From Trichosphaerium sp. ATCC 40318 (Eukaryota; Protista; Tubulinea), in assembly GCA_038496445.1 (NCBI GenBank), contig JALMLS010000507.1:620001-684000 (forward strand): 64,000 bases of DNA, given 5' to 3'. Below, in pieces: positions 40,477 through 54,197 of the stretch. The notes beneath the pieces are model-generated. The model made no database searches. It had not been told where the DNA came from and worked only from the letters and a program-made list of their open reading frames with translations. Position 1 is the first letter of the stretch, and each line of letters begins with the position of its first letter. Position numbers and translations under genes: made by a program.

Positions 40477-41364
40477 ATGACCACCTCTCTCCGGTTATTT
40501 ATTGCAACATGCATTCTTACTACTGTTATTGCGTATAATAGTTGCCGATACCTTAGCTCGTGTGGATCATGTGTAGACACTATTGGATGCTATTGGTGCG
40601 ACAGTGATTTCACATGCTACGACGAACAGTTTGGCGGCAGCAGTAGTTGCTCTGTTAACTCAAAAACATGCGACTGTACGGTTTTTGAATTTAACGCCGC
40701 CAAATAGCGCATCTAACGTTGTAATAGTTTGTTTTGAGTACGATTTTTCATCTAGCTGCAACAACGATATTTCCTGCGATTGGTGCTAGTACGTTCATTT
40801 ACTCGTTTTAAAGTTATCTAGTATTACTCCTCTCTCTTTTGTTAACAAAAGATAGCCACACCAGTACATGCAAACCATTCTCGTCCACTTGCTCTAGCTA
40901 TGATGGTGGCGAAATCGGTATATACGTTGGTGCTAGTATTGGTTCATTGTGTTGCTTTATTATTGTCGTGGCTATCATTATTGGAGTCGTTAGACGTAGA
41001 CGCAGGAACACTCAAGTCATTTACACAGGTACAGTTATTTTGTCTACAAACACCATTCCGAACAACAAAAGAGGGAATTTGTATAGTTTTGCGTTCTCGC
41101 CTATTACACTTTGATAGAGGCAACGAAAAACCTAAAAAGTACAATTCCGAAAACTGTTATTACAGTGGGAAGCCATTTTGTATTTTGTACTTTCTGAGGT
41201 CTAACACATGTTGCATAGTTTCACAACCTCAATACGGTGCTGTACCTCAAAACCAATACCAACCTCAGGCATACCAAAATGGAAACCAACCAAGTTACCA
41301 AAATCAATCTGGTTACCAAAACCAACCTCAAGCTGCTGTTTATGCAACACCAAATTACGCTTAA
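40477..41364 (+). CDS. Type I membrane protein with PSI-like Cys domains (PTTG1IP-like) and Gln/Tyr/Pro-rich tail
   Basis: Signal peptide; CRYLSSCGSCVDTIGCYWC; second C..C..CDWC; TM followed by RRRRR; QPQYG/QPQAYQ tail. Confidence 0.75.
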
Positions 41365-41594
41365 AGTAAATAAAAATATCATTGTGTTTTTGTTGCGAAA
41401 ATTAAGTTTGATTCACGTTTGGTGTATTGTTTTAAAAACATATATACAACTGATGACAATATATCTATTTTTTAGTATGTCGCAGGTGAAAAGAATTTCA
41501 GTTCACACATGTTTTTATGGGTTGTATTTTGTACATAAAGTTTTCTTTTTTTCATTCTTCTTCTTGTATTTGCGCTCTTGGAGGTTTTCGTTTA

Positions 41595-43275
41595 CTAAAA
41601 ATTAAATCGTCCAATCCATACATCTACAAATAAAAATATGAGAACAATCCTGGAGTTGGGCGAATAACAAAACCGTACAACTGGAGCTGTCATACAAAAA
41701 CTCGCAAAGGTGCCTAGAATGCACACAAGCCATGCAGGTAGTGGTGTAGGTACAAGTGCTATTTTCGAGCCCATCCAACTAGCACTAAGCATAGACTAGC
41801 GAGGAAAAAAAAGGTTAGAACAAAGCGAGAAATCTCTTTCCACCAAAAAGAGATTCTAAAGTGGACATACTTGAATGAGTAGACGATAATGTCGGAATGC
41901 ATCTGTCCAAAAATATTTTGTTCCTTGACGAATAACGTTAGGAACAACATCCCATGCGATAGTAACGCTTGTATAAGCGACAAAGCACATAAAAGATGAG
42001 TATCCAGATAAACTCATACTAATCTCAACACCTCTTGCACATAATGATTTGATTAAAGCATTACCAAGTCTCATAGCTAAACCCGTTGCTTTAAACTTTT
42101 TTTTGGTCACCAATAGCATAAGAATAGACTCATAAGCTACACTTACAGCAAAATCGCGCAGTACAACTAAAATACAAAGTTAACAAAAATCACTGATAAA
42201 AAGTTGGTACAAATGACGTGCCTTTTGTGACACCTCCAACAAACGAGTTCCATTGGTGCCTTTCAGGCTCCAATACAATTTCCTTAATATCTCTAGTAGA
42301 TACATTACATTCACTATATCCTCCTTGTGGCAGTAGTTCATCAAATAAAACTCTTTCAGCAACAGCATCCCCTTTATAAGCCTATGTAGAATAAATATGT
42401 CAAAAAAAGACTTCACCAAAATGGAACCAATGGACTGACTCCAATGTCTTCAAACACCTACAAAAAAACAGTGCGCACCTGTGTATACAATTCTGTTTCT
42501 GTACTTTTCAAGTGATCTACAGGTACCATTTTAAAAATACCTACAGGCTCATCAGCTCGTTCGGGTTTTTTTTTGGTTTTTTTGAAGACAAAAACTAGTT
42601 TATTATCACAACGTGCCTTCATATTTTGGATTTTTTATATGGTACACCCTCTTCTGCAAATCGCTCCAATTCTTCATTTGCCACCCTTGGAGCACGTTGT
42701 CGTTTGAATCTAGTGGCAGGATTTTAGAACAACAAAAGATGACATGTATAAGAAAGGTGCTTTTTCAGGTAAATTAGAAGGTACGTTTGACGTACCAAAC
42801 AGGATAATGTCAGCTATCTCTGCCATCTTGCTTGAATGATCTATAATATCAGCGTACAGCTAATTTATTGCGTTGGGATGTATATGGGACGTTTACAACA
42901 CGACGTACGTTACTCCACGCAAGTTGCTCATTTATACGCGTCGCTACTTCGTGTGCATATCCCAGTTCTAGTAGAGATTAGATTCGTTGGAATAATGCTA
43001 CAAACCTTGCACCATTGCAAAATTTGTGCGGTCGCAAAATGAAAGTCGTTCTACGAGGTGTGCATCGCCATCAATACGCTATGGCATTGTTATTACAGCT
43101 TAAAAACCGTCTTATACATACCATGAACAAATCGTTTGCCATTGGCAAATATGGCCATGAACTAATGCTCCTAGTAGATAGTTAGGTTTGGTTGTAATAA
43201 AACTTTTCGAACATACATAACGGCATCAATCCACCCTGTTTGGCTGTAGGCATTCTTCAGACGTTTTTGTGACAT
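41595..43275 (-). CDS. Hypothetical multi-exon protein with C-terminal hydrophobic segments
   Basis: Exons with canonical splice sites give a continuous frame from MSQKRLKN to WIGRFNF; no recognised family. Confidence 0.55.
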
Positions 43276-43376
43276 CACTGAGGTGAGTTCGTGCCCTTTC
43301 AAAATACTGGAAGCTTTTTTTCGCTTTGGTCAACTTCTCGTCAATCTTTCGTTCATAAAAAAACAAACTCCACACT

Positions 43377-44344
43377 ATGGACATCACCGCAGTTACCAAT
43401 CAAGTAGCCCTTAAATTAGGCCGGGCGATTATGTTGCAAACCGTACGCGCCACAAGCTAATATGTTATTCCGTCAACGCCATAAAATTAGGACCAGAAAC
43501 AACTAAACTATTTTTTGGTGTAATTGTAGATTTATTAGTTAACTCGAGTACTAGGTATTCTCGTTTGTTATTCACGTTATGGCTCTAGCCACTGCCTCCA
43601 TATGCACGGAGCTCAACATGTATCTCATTGCTTGGTACTAATATTTGCTGTGTTACTTCAATTCTAACCGTCCCACTTAGGTACCTCCTCCTCATCTTTG
43701 GTCAGATCGTTGCTCGCAAGCGTTCAGTTTGCCTACTCGTAGTTGTGCGTTATTTTTTTATTTAAATCGTCATTTCCCGTTTTAATCGCCTGACAATAAT
43801 ACCAGAACGCTGTCATTCAACTATCTTTGAATATTTTGATTCTTATGGGTATTGGTTACGCCGTATTTGCCTTCGGCACTTCTGTTAAAGCCACCCACAA
43901 ACCATTCGTATTCCACTACTGGAAATTATACGTCAACGTATTTGCCTTCGTTATGGTTATTGTATCCCAATGGTTGAACATTAAACACAGTTGTTTACTC
44001 GCAAGATTGATCATCCAAAAAGCTAAAGAAGAAGAAGAGGTACGCTTCCACGCTTACACTTTAAGCTTATTTTGAATTCCATGTTGTATCGTTTAATTTA
44101 TTCTCTTTTGCAGGTTGAAGCCCAATGGGAAGATATTGAAGCTTCATCATCAAGCGAAGAAGAGTATGAAGAATCAGAGGTACGCATTTGCTATCGTCCA
44201 AACAGAAGTTTTTTTGTATTTTATTTTTTTGGTTGCTTACGAACCCGTTTTTAGGTCCCAATGCAACCTGTAATGTACGTAATGCAGCCACCAACTGGCC
44301 ACTACGCCCCACAAATGTTGTACCCTCTACAACCTGTAAACTGA
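43377..44344 (+). CDS. Small four-TM membrane protein with acidic and Pro/Tyr/Gln tail
   Basis: Six exons in frame; four hydrophobic segments; tail SSSEEEYEESEVPMQPVMYVMQPP. Confidence 0.7.
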
Positions 44345-44539
44345 GCTTGCCTCTAACCTGACCTCTCAATCGGTCAAAACGTCATTAAATACATATCATT
44401 GTTCACTTTTGGTCTTGTTATTATTTTTACACTTTTTGGAACAACTGATTGAACTGAATAATCATTCTGAACGTCGCGTTGACAGCAGTTGACTTTTGTT
44501 AGCCTTTTGCTTTTCTGAGTTGCCTATTTGTACAGGTTT

Positions 44540-47257
44540 ATGATGGGAAAGCTTCGTACCAAAAAGAAGCGTCGCGCTAGGCGTTTGGCGGACCCAATGG
44601 GGCAACGTCAACAACGAAATGCCCAAAGCAATAAAAACGCAGGCGCAAAGGTTCTAAAAAACGTACGAATGCGTAATAAGTGTAAAAATTTGCCAAATAG
44701 TAGAAAATTGAGAAATAACGTGTAAACCAGATAGACAACCCAGACGATACGGAAAGAGAATGGGCACTCAAAACTCTTGCCAATGACGTTGACGGATCAG
44801 TATTGCAACACCTTTCAAAAGATGACCTTTTACGTATTATCAAACGCGCTTGTGATCCTGTAACGGCCGTTAAAATTGCAGCGTTTGGTGCATTGAGGTA
44901 CAAAAAATTGTGACACAAATTTCATCCAAAAAAAAAGCAATTTGAGTCCTTTCGTGGTTGCTACCTTGCAGTATTTAAAATACTTTCCTTCATTGTCACA
45001 TGATGCACATGGCCGTTAATGTTAGCCTAGAAACATCTCTATTGTGGGAGGAGATAGTGTAATAGAAACATTGGTTTCTCTTGATGTTATGACACCTTCA
45101 ATCGCCATGTGGCAAAAGGTTAGAAATTAATGATTATTTTTTGACACCTGTCACTACTTCCAAAAGAAAAAAGAACATTTTCTCACCACCCCTTTGTTAG
45201 GCTATGACAGATGTAGCATTAATGAAGAGCAAGACTCCTCCAGAAAACACAGGAGGTGTAGAAGAAGTGCTTGCCAATATTTTGGCATTGATTAGCAACG
45301 TGTGGTAAGTACACCTCTTCTCCATTTTAATTTTTTTGTTACTCAACTAATGCTGGAAAAGCGAATCAAGTGATGTTGCTGTTACTGCGTTCTTTTCGTC
45401 TAATGCAACGGCAAATATCTTTGGACTACTTAAACCAGCTCTATACACACCTAATATTATTGTACGCGCAGGTATGTGTTAAAACTATTTGTTTTAGAGA
45501 TTTGGTGTTGAAAAACTAATTCCTTTTAAAAGTGGAATTATTATATGTTGTCAGTGAATGCGAAGTGATCCAAAACGTTCTTTCAAAAGACGATATTCGG
45601 CTACTACAAATGACAATGGCAAATCAACGTAATCCAATCTTGTGTAGAGCCTCAGTTGCAGGTAAAACGTTGCGTAATTGTTTTTAATTAAACTAACATT
45701 AAAATTTCTTACAGGCGTATTGTGTAATATTACACCTGTCAATAAATTGAAACAAGTAGTTGAATTGAGTGTAAGGACATGTTTTGAACAAGCACTCAAG
45801 TTCACTCAGCTTTCTATTGCTGATAAATTCACTCCAGATGTCCTAGCAACTAAAGTAGTAAGTAACAAGAGTTGCCATTATCAAATAAAAATCGTAACGA
45901 GATTGTTAGGTCAAAGGTCACGGAGGTCATTTAGAACTTACAGAGCAAGGAACTCTTGATATCAGAGAATGGCAAGGTTGGTTAAGTGCGCAAGCAATGA
46001 CATTAGAAATTCTCGCATACGTTTGTGGTAAATGTGAAGGTAAACCATTGCTTAGCTCTTTGATAGTATTTTTATCTGTTGATGCTTACTCTATCTACTA
46101 GAGACAATGTCTGAGCAAGGTGGGATGTCTGATATTCCAGTGAGCGTCATAATGCAAGTTATTGGTCTCTACGATAACGTAAGAAGCTTTATACTTTTAA
46201 TGTCTACTTGCTATTTATTTTACTGAAATGTCATCTAGATTGCTTCTCTTTGTCAACTCGACAATGACAAAATGACTGCAGTAGTAATAGCTGTTCCAGT
46301 TTTAGAACAAAGCTTAAGACAAATGGTACCATTCGCTACTTTCCTGTTTATGACGATGGCTTAATGTCTTGTTAAGGTACACGTCCAATCCTTGGCTTTG
46401 GCTTGTTTAAATAATGTCGTTTTGGCTGCTCCTGATCTTCCAGGTACGCTCAGTAACACTTAATACACGTTTCTTAACGAAATCACAAAAGGAAGCCCAG
46501 ATACGCTATGGCAATTTATATGTACCGTCTTGGCGCGTTATATGACCACAACGCCTGACATGGACACATTAGAGGACTTGACATCTATACTTTGGACACT
46601 TCTTCGTCGTGTTGAAGAAAACCTCTCAGCAGTGGTACGTTTCGCAGTTTGTAAATCTCACAACCCAATTTAACGGGTAGCTATGCAGTTTTTTAACGTA
46701 TTTTTTTTCTATTACAGAATCCGAGCGAACCGCAAGTAGCAGCTCTAACGCAGGTCGCTACGCAATCTTCTTTCGGTCAAGTACGTGCCAACACTATTGG
46801 TTGCCTAGGCATCCTAGCACGCAAAATACACAACAATAAAACGCAACTGGCGGTACGTAGTTACACTAAAAAAAAATTCACTAGGCTAACCCCGAGAAAG
46901 GCTCTTGCAGAGATTTTCTTGCGAGGTCTTACAGACAGCGAACCAAGCGTTGTAGCAGAAGCGCTAAACGCTATTTTCGATAATTTCGCGGAGGTTAATA
47001 ATAACGATGTTTTTGCGAAACTAGGCATGATGCCACTACTCATGCAATCAGGCGCTAACGCTGAGAAATGGGTACGGCTTGTTTTCTCTTAGTAGTGTAG
47101 AGAACCATTTTTATACCTTTGTTTTTAACCGCGTTGTTTTTAGCTTCAGGAGCAGTCAGTGAAAGGAGAGACAAGCAACTTTACGTTTGCGAGAATGGAG
47201 GAAGCTTTTGAAAATCTGCAAAGCTTTGTGGACTACAAAAAACAGCAAAACATGTAA
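44540..47257 (+). CDS. HEATR3: HEAT repeat protein 3 / symportin Syo1
   Basis: MGKLRTKKKRR basic start, AAFGALRNI, DVMTP, VVAEALNAIFDNFAE, EAFENLQSFVDYKK. Confidence 0.85.
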
Positions 47258-47574
47258 AACTGCGAACCCCATTAACGCTATATGGCGCGTATGTGTGCCA
47301 ATGAAAAAAGCACGTTTGTAAATAACCCTAAAAGAAATGCACGTTTTTTTTCCACTTCGCGGGTTATCCTCGCTTGATTAGCTGTATTTATACGTAAGAA
47401 AGATGATGGAAGCGTTTCGGTATTATTTTAAGGGGCTGGTAGCCTCCTGAGGACAAGAAAAACGAGCACAAAATGTGATCAAACACTGTGTACCAAAGTT
47501 CTTCGCAGCGTATCACAATTAGTCGCAACGTAAGGGACAAGCATCTCGTCTGTTTAACACTTAGCTAACAAGAA

Positions 47575-50068
47575 ATGACTGATACACCATACGGAAAGAG
47601 AGGAGGCGGGTAAGACGCATAGTTGAGTGAGAGTATGCTTCTCTTTACTGACTTTTTTTCTCTCTCCTAGTCGCGCCGTTGGACAAGTACAAGTCCACGC
47701 TGGACACTCCGGATCGCATTCCTACGACGAGGAAGAGAAGGTTGCGTTTGTTGACTGGATAAACGACGTCCTCGCCGATGATCCTTTGTGCGGTAAGTAC
47801 CCTGTCCATACACCATAGCCCTCACTAAAATACCGCGGTTGCTACAATGTGAGCGGTTTTTCCCTTTTGCCGTTTATCAACGGTCTTTTATCTCTTGATA
47901 GCGTATTCTTACTCGCTGTTTTAGCTCCTAAATTGCCAATCTCTATTGAAGGAGATGAGTTCTTCAGTGCCGTACATGACGGTATCCTTCTCTGGTGCGC
48001 TATATCTCGTTTATATAAATAAACACGCTAAAAACTCACTCTTATCGCAGTAAACTCATCAACGACGCTGTCCCAGATACTATTGATGACCGCGCTCTCA
48101 ACACAAAGAAGTTGTCTACTTTTACAATACACGAGAACCAAACACTAGCTATCAACTCTGCTAAAGGTATTGGTTGCTCTGTTGTAAACATTGGACCAAA
48201 AGATTTGATGGATGGCACCAAGCATTTGATCCTCGGTCTTGTTTGGCAAATTGTCAAGGTACGCACGTGCTCATGTAAAGAGTATCGCTCATACGAGCGT
48301 TTTTTGAAATAAGACACGTGATGATGTGTTTAAACTAATCTTTTTTTTTTAGATCGGTTTGCTCTCAAAGATCAACCTTACTGTACACCCAGAACTCTAC
48401 CGCTTGTTGCAAGTACGTTTTTACCTCTTTTTAGTGAAAACTAGAACGAATTGAAAAAAAAATATCACGTGACTAAATTGGTTTTTTTTTTCTAGCCTGG
48501 TGAGACTTTGGAAGATTTGCTTAAACTCCCTGCTGAGCAATTGCTTCTCAGATGGGTTAACTACCAATTGGCTCAAGCTGGATCCAGCAAACGTATCAAA
48601 AATTTCCAAGGAGATATTGCTGATTCTGAAGCATACTCTATCCTTCTCAAACAAATTGGACCTTCTCGCTGTGGTGTACGTAGTCAAACCAAAGAACCCA
48701 AAAAACGGCTATTTAACAATTGAACGACAAAAACTACAAAAAATCTTGAATAATTTGTGATCTTTTTGTTATTCTTGAGTGACAATTCAATAATATCAAA
48801 TGTGCACGTGGTTTGGACTTACGATTAATTTAGGTTGATATGTCCGCTATGAACGAGAGCGACAAAGTAAAGCGTGCTGATAAGATGTTGCAGCAAGCTG
48901 ATAAACTCGACTGCCGTAAGTTCGTACGACCAAAGGATGTAGTAAACGTACGTCTAATATTCAATGTACTCAAAGTTCTTCAAGTCTAATCGCTTCTCTA
49001 GGGTGTACCAAAATTGAATTTGGCTTTCGTTGCTAATTTGTTCAACCACTACCCTGCTCTCGACCCAGTCGAAGAGGAGATCAAAATCATCGAGGAGACT
49101 CGCGAGGAGAAATCTTTCAGAAACTGGATGAACTCCTTGGGCGTTGACCCATACGTTGACTCTGTACCATTGTACCTCGATCTCCAAGATGGTCTCATCA
49201 TCCTTCAAGTTATGGACAAGGTAAATATTAACAAAAGAAAAAAAAAACAATTCACAATTATTACCGATCACATGTGTTATCACGTGATAAAAAATTTTCT
49301 ATTCAACCAAAAAAAGTTTTCTAAATCGCTTTAAAAAAGGTTGATCCTGGATGCGTTGACTGGAACAACCGTGTTACCAGAAACTTCTCCCGTATTGGAG
49401 CTAAAGCCAAGATGGAGAAATTGGAGAACTGCAACTACGCTGTTGAGCTCGCCAAGAAACACTTTAACTTCTCTGTCGTCGGTATTGACGGTAACGACAT
49501 CAGAGAGGGAAAACCAATGATGGTTCTCAGTACGTCAAAAGCCTTAACTTTTTTGTGGTCTGTCTTTCTTTGCTAATTTGTTACTCTTACAGGTATTTTG
49601 TGGCAACTTATGCGCAGAAACGTACTCAACATCCTTCACGATATTGCTGCCAAGAAAGGAAAGACTGGAAAGATCGAAGAGCACGAAATCATTGCTTGGG
49701 CTAACGACAAGGTACTTGCTCTTGCAAAAAATATAGTTGAAACAATTTTGTATTCTAACCTTTTTTTTTCCTATTAGTTGTCTGGCGCTGGTAAATCAAG
49801 CTCATTCAGGTCATTCTCCGACCCTTGCTTGGGTGACTCAACAGTAATGTTGGACCTCATTGACTCTATTCGTCCTGGTTCAGTCAACCCAGACCTTATC
49901 CTCACTGACGGATCTGAAGCATCCCTCGAAAAGAACGCCAAGTTGTGTATCACACTTGCTCGTAAAATCGGTGCTGTTGTCTTTGCTTTACCTGAAGATA
50001 TCATCGAATCAAACAAAAAGATGTGCATGACTGTATTCGCAAGTCTTATGGCCGTAGATCTCGCCTAA
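47575..50068 (+). CDS. FIM: Fimbrin/plastin actin bundler (4 CH domains) lacking the EF-hand headpiece
   Basis: [85 protein letters not shown]; 10 coding introns. Confidence 0.97.
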
Positions 50069-50349
50069 ACAAAAAATAGAGCTTGTTACTGACATAAATA
50101 AATAAAAAAGACTTTAAAAAATCCAACTCCATCTTTCTTGTTTGTCTCTGGCTCCAGTGACTGCACAACCCTTAGTCAATCATATAGCACTACATACAAT
50201 CTATGTAGCTCAGGCCGAAGTAGACAGAGCGAGAAATAATACATTTGGTTGGCAAAACTATTTGAGTGAGAATTTACCTTCTAGAATGTAAATATGAGTT
50301 TTTTGTATTTAATTACATGTTTATTTGGTGTTTGTTGTTACATTTATAC

Positions 50350-52698
50350 CTAGTTGCTCCATCCGTTGATTTCGGCTTTAGAGCTAACACTTTGTACGTC
50401 ACATGTCTCAGCCCAAGCAGTAAGTTCAAATACATTGAAATTGCTTAGAGAAACACGACGAGTGTCCTTTGAGATATGGAAACCTACAGCATCAGGATGA
50501 CCTGTAGGGTTTGCGAGTTGCTCAACAAAAGATGAACCAGCATCAAGTTTACCTGCTGTAGCCATCTTAATGTCAACATTCTTTGAATCAGTGAGTACAT
50601 CAAAACCGATGACATCACCGTGATCAGAAGAAAGGTTTCTTGCCCAAGCACGACGGACAGTGACTTTTTGTGATCCAGCGAATGTGAAACCACGTGTATT
50701 AGCACCACCGTAACCGGTGAGTGTAGCAGCTGGATGGGACTTGACATATCTGTCGCAAAGTCCGGAACCTGCTTTACCGACGTTGTGGAGACCGTCAACG
50801 TATACGAATTTCAAATCAACGTTTTTGGCACCATCCATCTTGAATCCAACAACACCCTTGTTGACGTGGAACATTGAGTCTCCGTTACATAAGTAACCTT
50901 CATCAGAAACAAGTTTTTCAAGTTTTGCTTTGTTGCTGTTTGGATTTGCTTCAACCCATTTGATGATGTCTTGGTTGATAGAGTTACGAGATACATCAAT
51001 TGGTGTACCAGCGAAGTCACCCTTTGAGATAGCCTATGAAGAGAAAGTTAGGAAACAACGAAGAAAAGAACCAGAAAGAAGAAAATTCAGCAAAAAAAAA
51101 CTGTTGAGAAACGAACCTTAGCTACGAAAACTTGAGCGTTAGCTGCTACGTTACCAATGTATGTGGCGGTAGCATCATCACTGCTTGATACAGTCAAAGG
51201 GACATCGGTATCTGGGTGGTTGTTTTTGACTTGGAAAACGGATCCAATTGAATCAATGACAACTCTTCCATCTTCTTTAAGAGCAACAATCTCGTTGATG
51301 TTGCAAGTGCTGTTGGTGACGTATACGTCTCTGAATACAATGTTCTCAGCGCGAGATATCTCGTCAGGGATGCTTGGGAAACCGTTGATAGCAACACCAA
51401 GTTTGTTTACGAGGAAACCGTAACAAGTACCGTCAACGACTCCGAGTTTGTTATGGAACAATGCATATTCAGCAGGGTGAGCGTTTTTATCGATAGAAGG
51501 CAAGTCTTGTACGATCAAATCGTGGTGTACGTTGTTAATGGCGGCTTTCATAGCAGCTTGGATATCAGTTGCTCTCATTTGAGTACCTTAAAGGTCATCA
51601 GAACAATGTCAAAAAAAGTTGAAAAAAAAAACTGATCAACCGAGCCTGTTCGTACCTTGAATCTTTATCTTTGTTGATGACCCAATATGGACAAGGAAGT
51701 CAACGTAACGTTGGATGAAACGAACAGAGGAGAAAGTTCCCAAAATAGGAACATCCTTTCTGTTAGTACCAGTACATTGACGTACATCTAGTCCTTTAAC
51801 ACCGTTCAAAGCAATTGCAGCTACTTCATAGTCTACGAATTGAACGCGGGATACCTTAACGTTTTCATTCTCGTTACCATGGATACCATGATGAGAAGCT
51901 CTACCAAGAACACCTTAAAGGAAAGTCAGAAAAAGAGGACAAACTTGATTCTGAGTACACAAAAAAAGTTTTCGTAGAACCAAAAAAAAAGCTAAAAAAA
52001 GACTTGTTGGGTGTTTGTTTTGGATCTATTTACTAAACTACTAAGAAGGACGTACCGTTTTTGATAGTAAGGTTCTTAGAACCGCGAAGCTCACCGAAAC
52101 TTTGTGGACCTTGTCCACCAAAGAAAGGTCTGTCAGAACTTTCAATGAGTGCGAAGAAACGTTGCATTAAAGCGTGTTCTTTGCTTTGTGAAAGAGTGAA
52201 ACCGTTCAAGTCAATTACGACGTTATCAGCTGCAACTGCGATAGCAGCAAAGAAACCGAGCTGGTAGGCAGCATCTGGGTAGATACCACCGGCAGAAACA
52301 AATTGAGTAGGAAGTGGAAATGAGGAGTCGTAAGCATCTTTTCCAAGGTAAGCAGCGTTGTTTGGGTTGAATTCAACGTCCTCAGCTAGTCTGTACTTTC
52401 CAGGGGCTGTTATTATGTATGTGCCATCAGCGAAGTCGGCTTGGTGTAACAAGGTAACGCCTGAGGAGCCGCCTGAGCCACCAGAACCGCCAGAGCCGCC
52501 TGAACCGCCGTCACCACCTGAGCCGCCTGAACCACCAGAACCGCCGTCACCACCGTAAGAACCGTATGAGCCATGGCTACCGTAGGTACCAGAACCGGCA
52601 GAGCAACCTAGTGAATAGTTAGACGCGTTTTGTTGTACTATAGTTAGCGTACCAATGACAATAACCAATAGAGTTATTAAAGCTTGGCGGTACAACAT
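50350..52698 (-). CDS. Secreted/anchored parallel beta-helix-like protein with Gly/Ser linker
   Basis: Hydrophobic N-terminus; GTYIITAPGKYRLAEDVEFNP; LGFFAAIAVAADNVVIDLNGFTL; GVLGRASHHGIHGNEN; MFHVNKG; 3 introns. Confidence 0.82.
52459..52598 (-). repeat. Coding (GGSGG/GSY)n low-complexity repeat
   Basis: Translates GTYGSHGSYGSYGGDGGSGGSGGSGGDGGSGGSGGSGGSGGSSG. Confidence 0.9.
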
Positions 52699-54197
52699 TT
52701 TAGTATGTTTAAGAGTTGTTGTACTGCAAGTTGCAAAGTAATATTTATGTTCCAAATCGGGCTCTTTGCACAAAAAAACTTCAGCTGAAGTATTGACGTA
52801 ACTGATGCCTTAACTTGGCTTTTAATCCTGAAAAACACTGTGTAGGTCACCACGTCATTATACAGGGTAGTCAGAAAAAGTTTTTATTCAGAAAGTGCGA
52901 AGTGGCGAAGAAAGCGGTCCAAAAAGATGAAAAGTTTACGATTCTTACCCTTCTTTTTTATGAAAACAAAAACTGTACACAAATAACACAAATCTTCCGT
53001 AGCTGGTATACCAAATAAACTAAACGTTCACACCAAATTATTTTAATGTAAATACGGTTCTTATTTCAAATTACGTCATTTTCTGTAAAAACAAATGTCA
53101 AAGTGTCTTCTAACACGGTTTTGTACCTATACATAAACTTTGGCTGCGATGTATCACTTTTTCTTTTTTTTTGTAGATCGGGTATTCAATCCAGTATTTT
53201 CTGAAAACTCGGTTTTATTTTGACTTTCAAGCTACAAAACCCGCTCGATTAGCACCTAAACTTTAGTCAATACTTTTTAATTTTTTGTAGAATGTTCGTA
53301 CAATACAAAACTATCACACGTATAAAAAATGCTCCCTGAGTTTACTTTGCTTTGAACGTACTATGTAATTGTTGGACATTTTGTTTTGTTTTTGTTTGAT
53401 AGCTCACTGACTTTTCTGTTTTATTTTCTTGGTCTACCAGAACTTTCACAACAAGCAATCCTATCTGCTTGTCAGTGTCGATAGTGTTATCGGTTCGGAT
53501 ACAACGCAAGAGACAGTGCACTTTATAGACTTGTTCATGTCGTACCCAAAAAACTAGCCTACGAGACTAACCTCCTCAAAATAAAGTGTGCCTTTGATGA
53601 TGGCTATGAAAATTATAAAAGCGACATTTAAAAGTGTCAATTGAAGAGTACCAACTCAAGCAATAGTCAACTCTTTCATCACATTGCAGATATAATTCAA
53701 GCCATGAGCCTTTAGATAGGCTTTCTACGCACGGAGTATTGTAGTAACTCAAATAAAAAAGTTCCGCAGTTTTAGCCAGGTTTATGTCCATTGTAGGCGA
53801 GCGTCTTCAAATCTGGATAGTTGTAGTTTCTAATCTTGCACTACACAAGGAAAATTTACATAGGCACGAAATTTCCTTTTCAATTTGGCGTGTACGCTTT
53901 TTGCGAGCCTTGGTTTAATTCACCAAGATGTCGTACACTTATCTAACTTTCAATTATAGTTTCCCTCGTAACGTACCTTGGATGAAGCGCAGTTACACGT
54001 CCATCGTGCTAGACGCTGTTCTATTGTTAGCAGTAAAACAGTACGTACAAAGATCTAAATATGGTTCTTGGCTAACGGTCTGATCACAAGGTGACTGCAT
54101 TGGTGTATTGAAAAACTATTGGCCATGAGTTATAGTGGAAGGATACTCAACGCCAGAGCTATTGGTTCGGAGTTCGTTTGGTAGTTAGAAAGGTTTT

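Noticed and set aside
1958-52698. Bacterial or viral contamination explaining the foreign-looking genes
   Set aside because: All carry host-style GTACG introns and sit among core eukaryotic genes.
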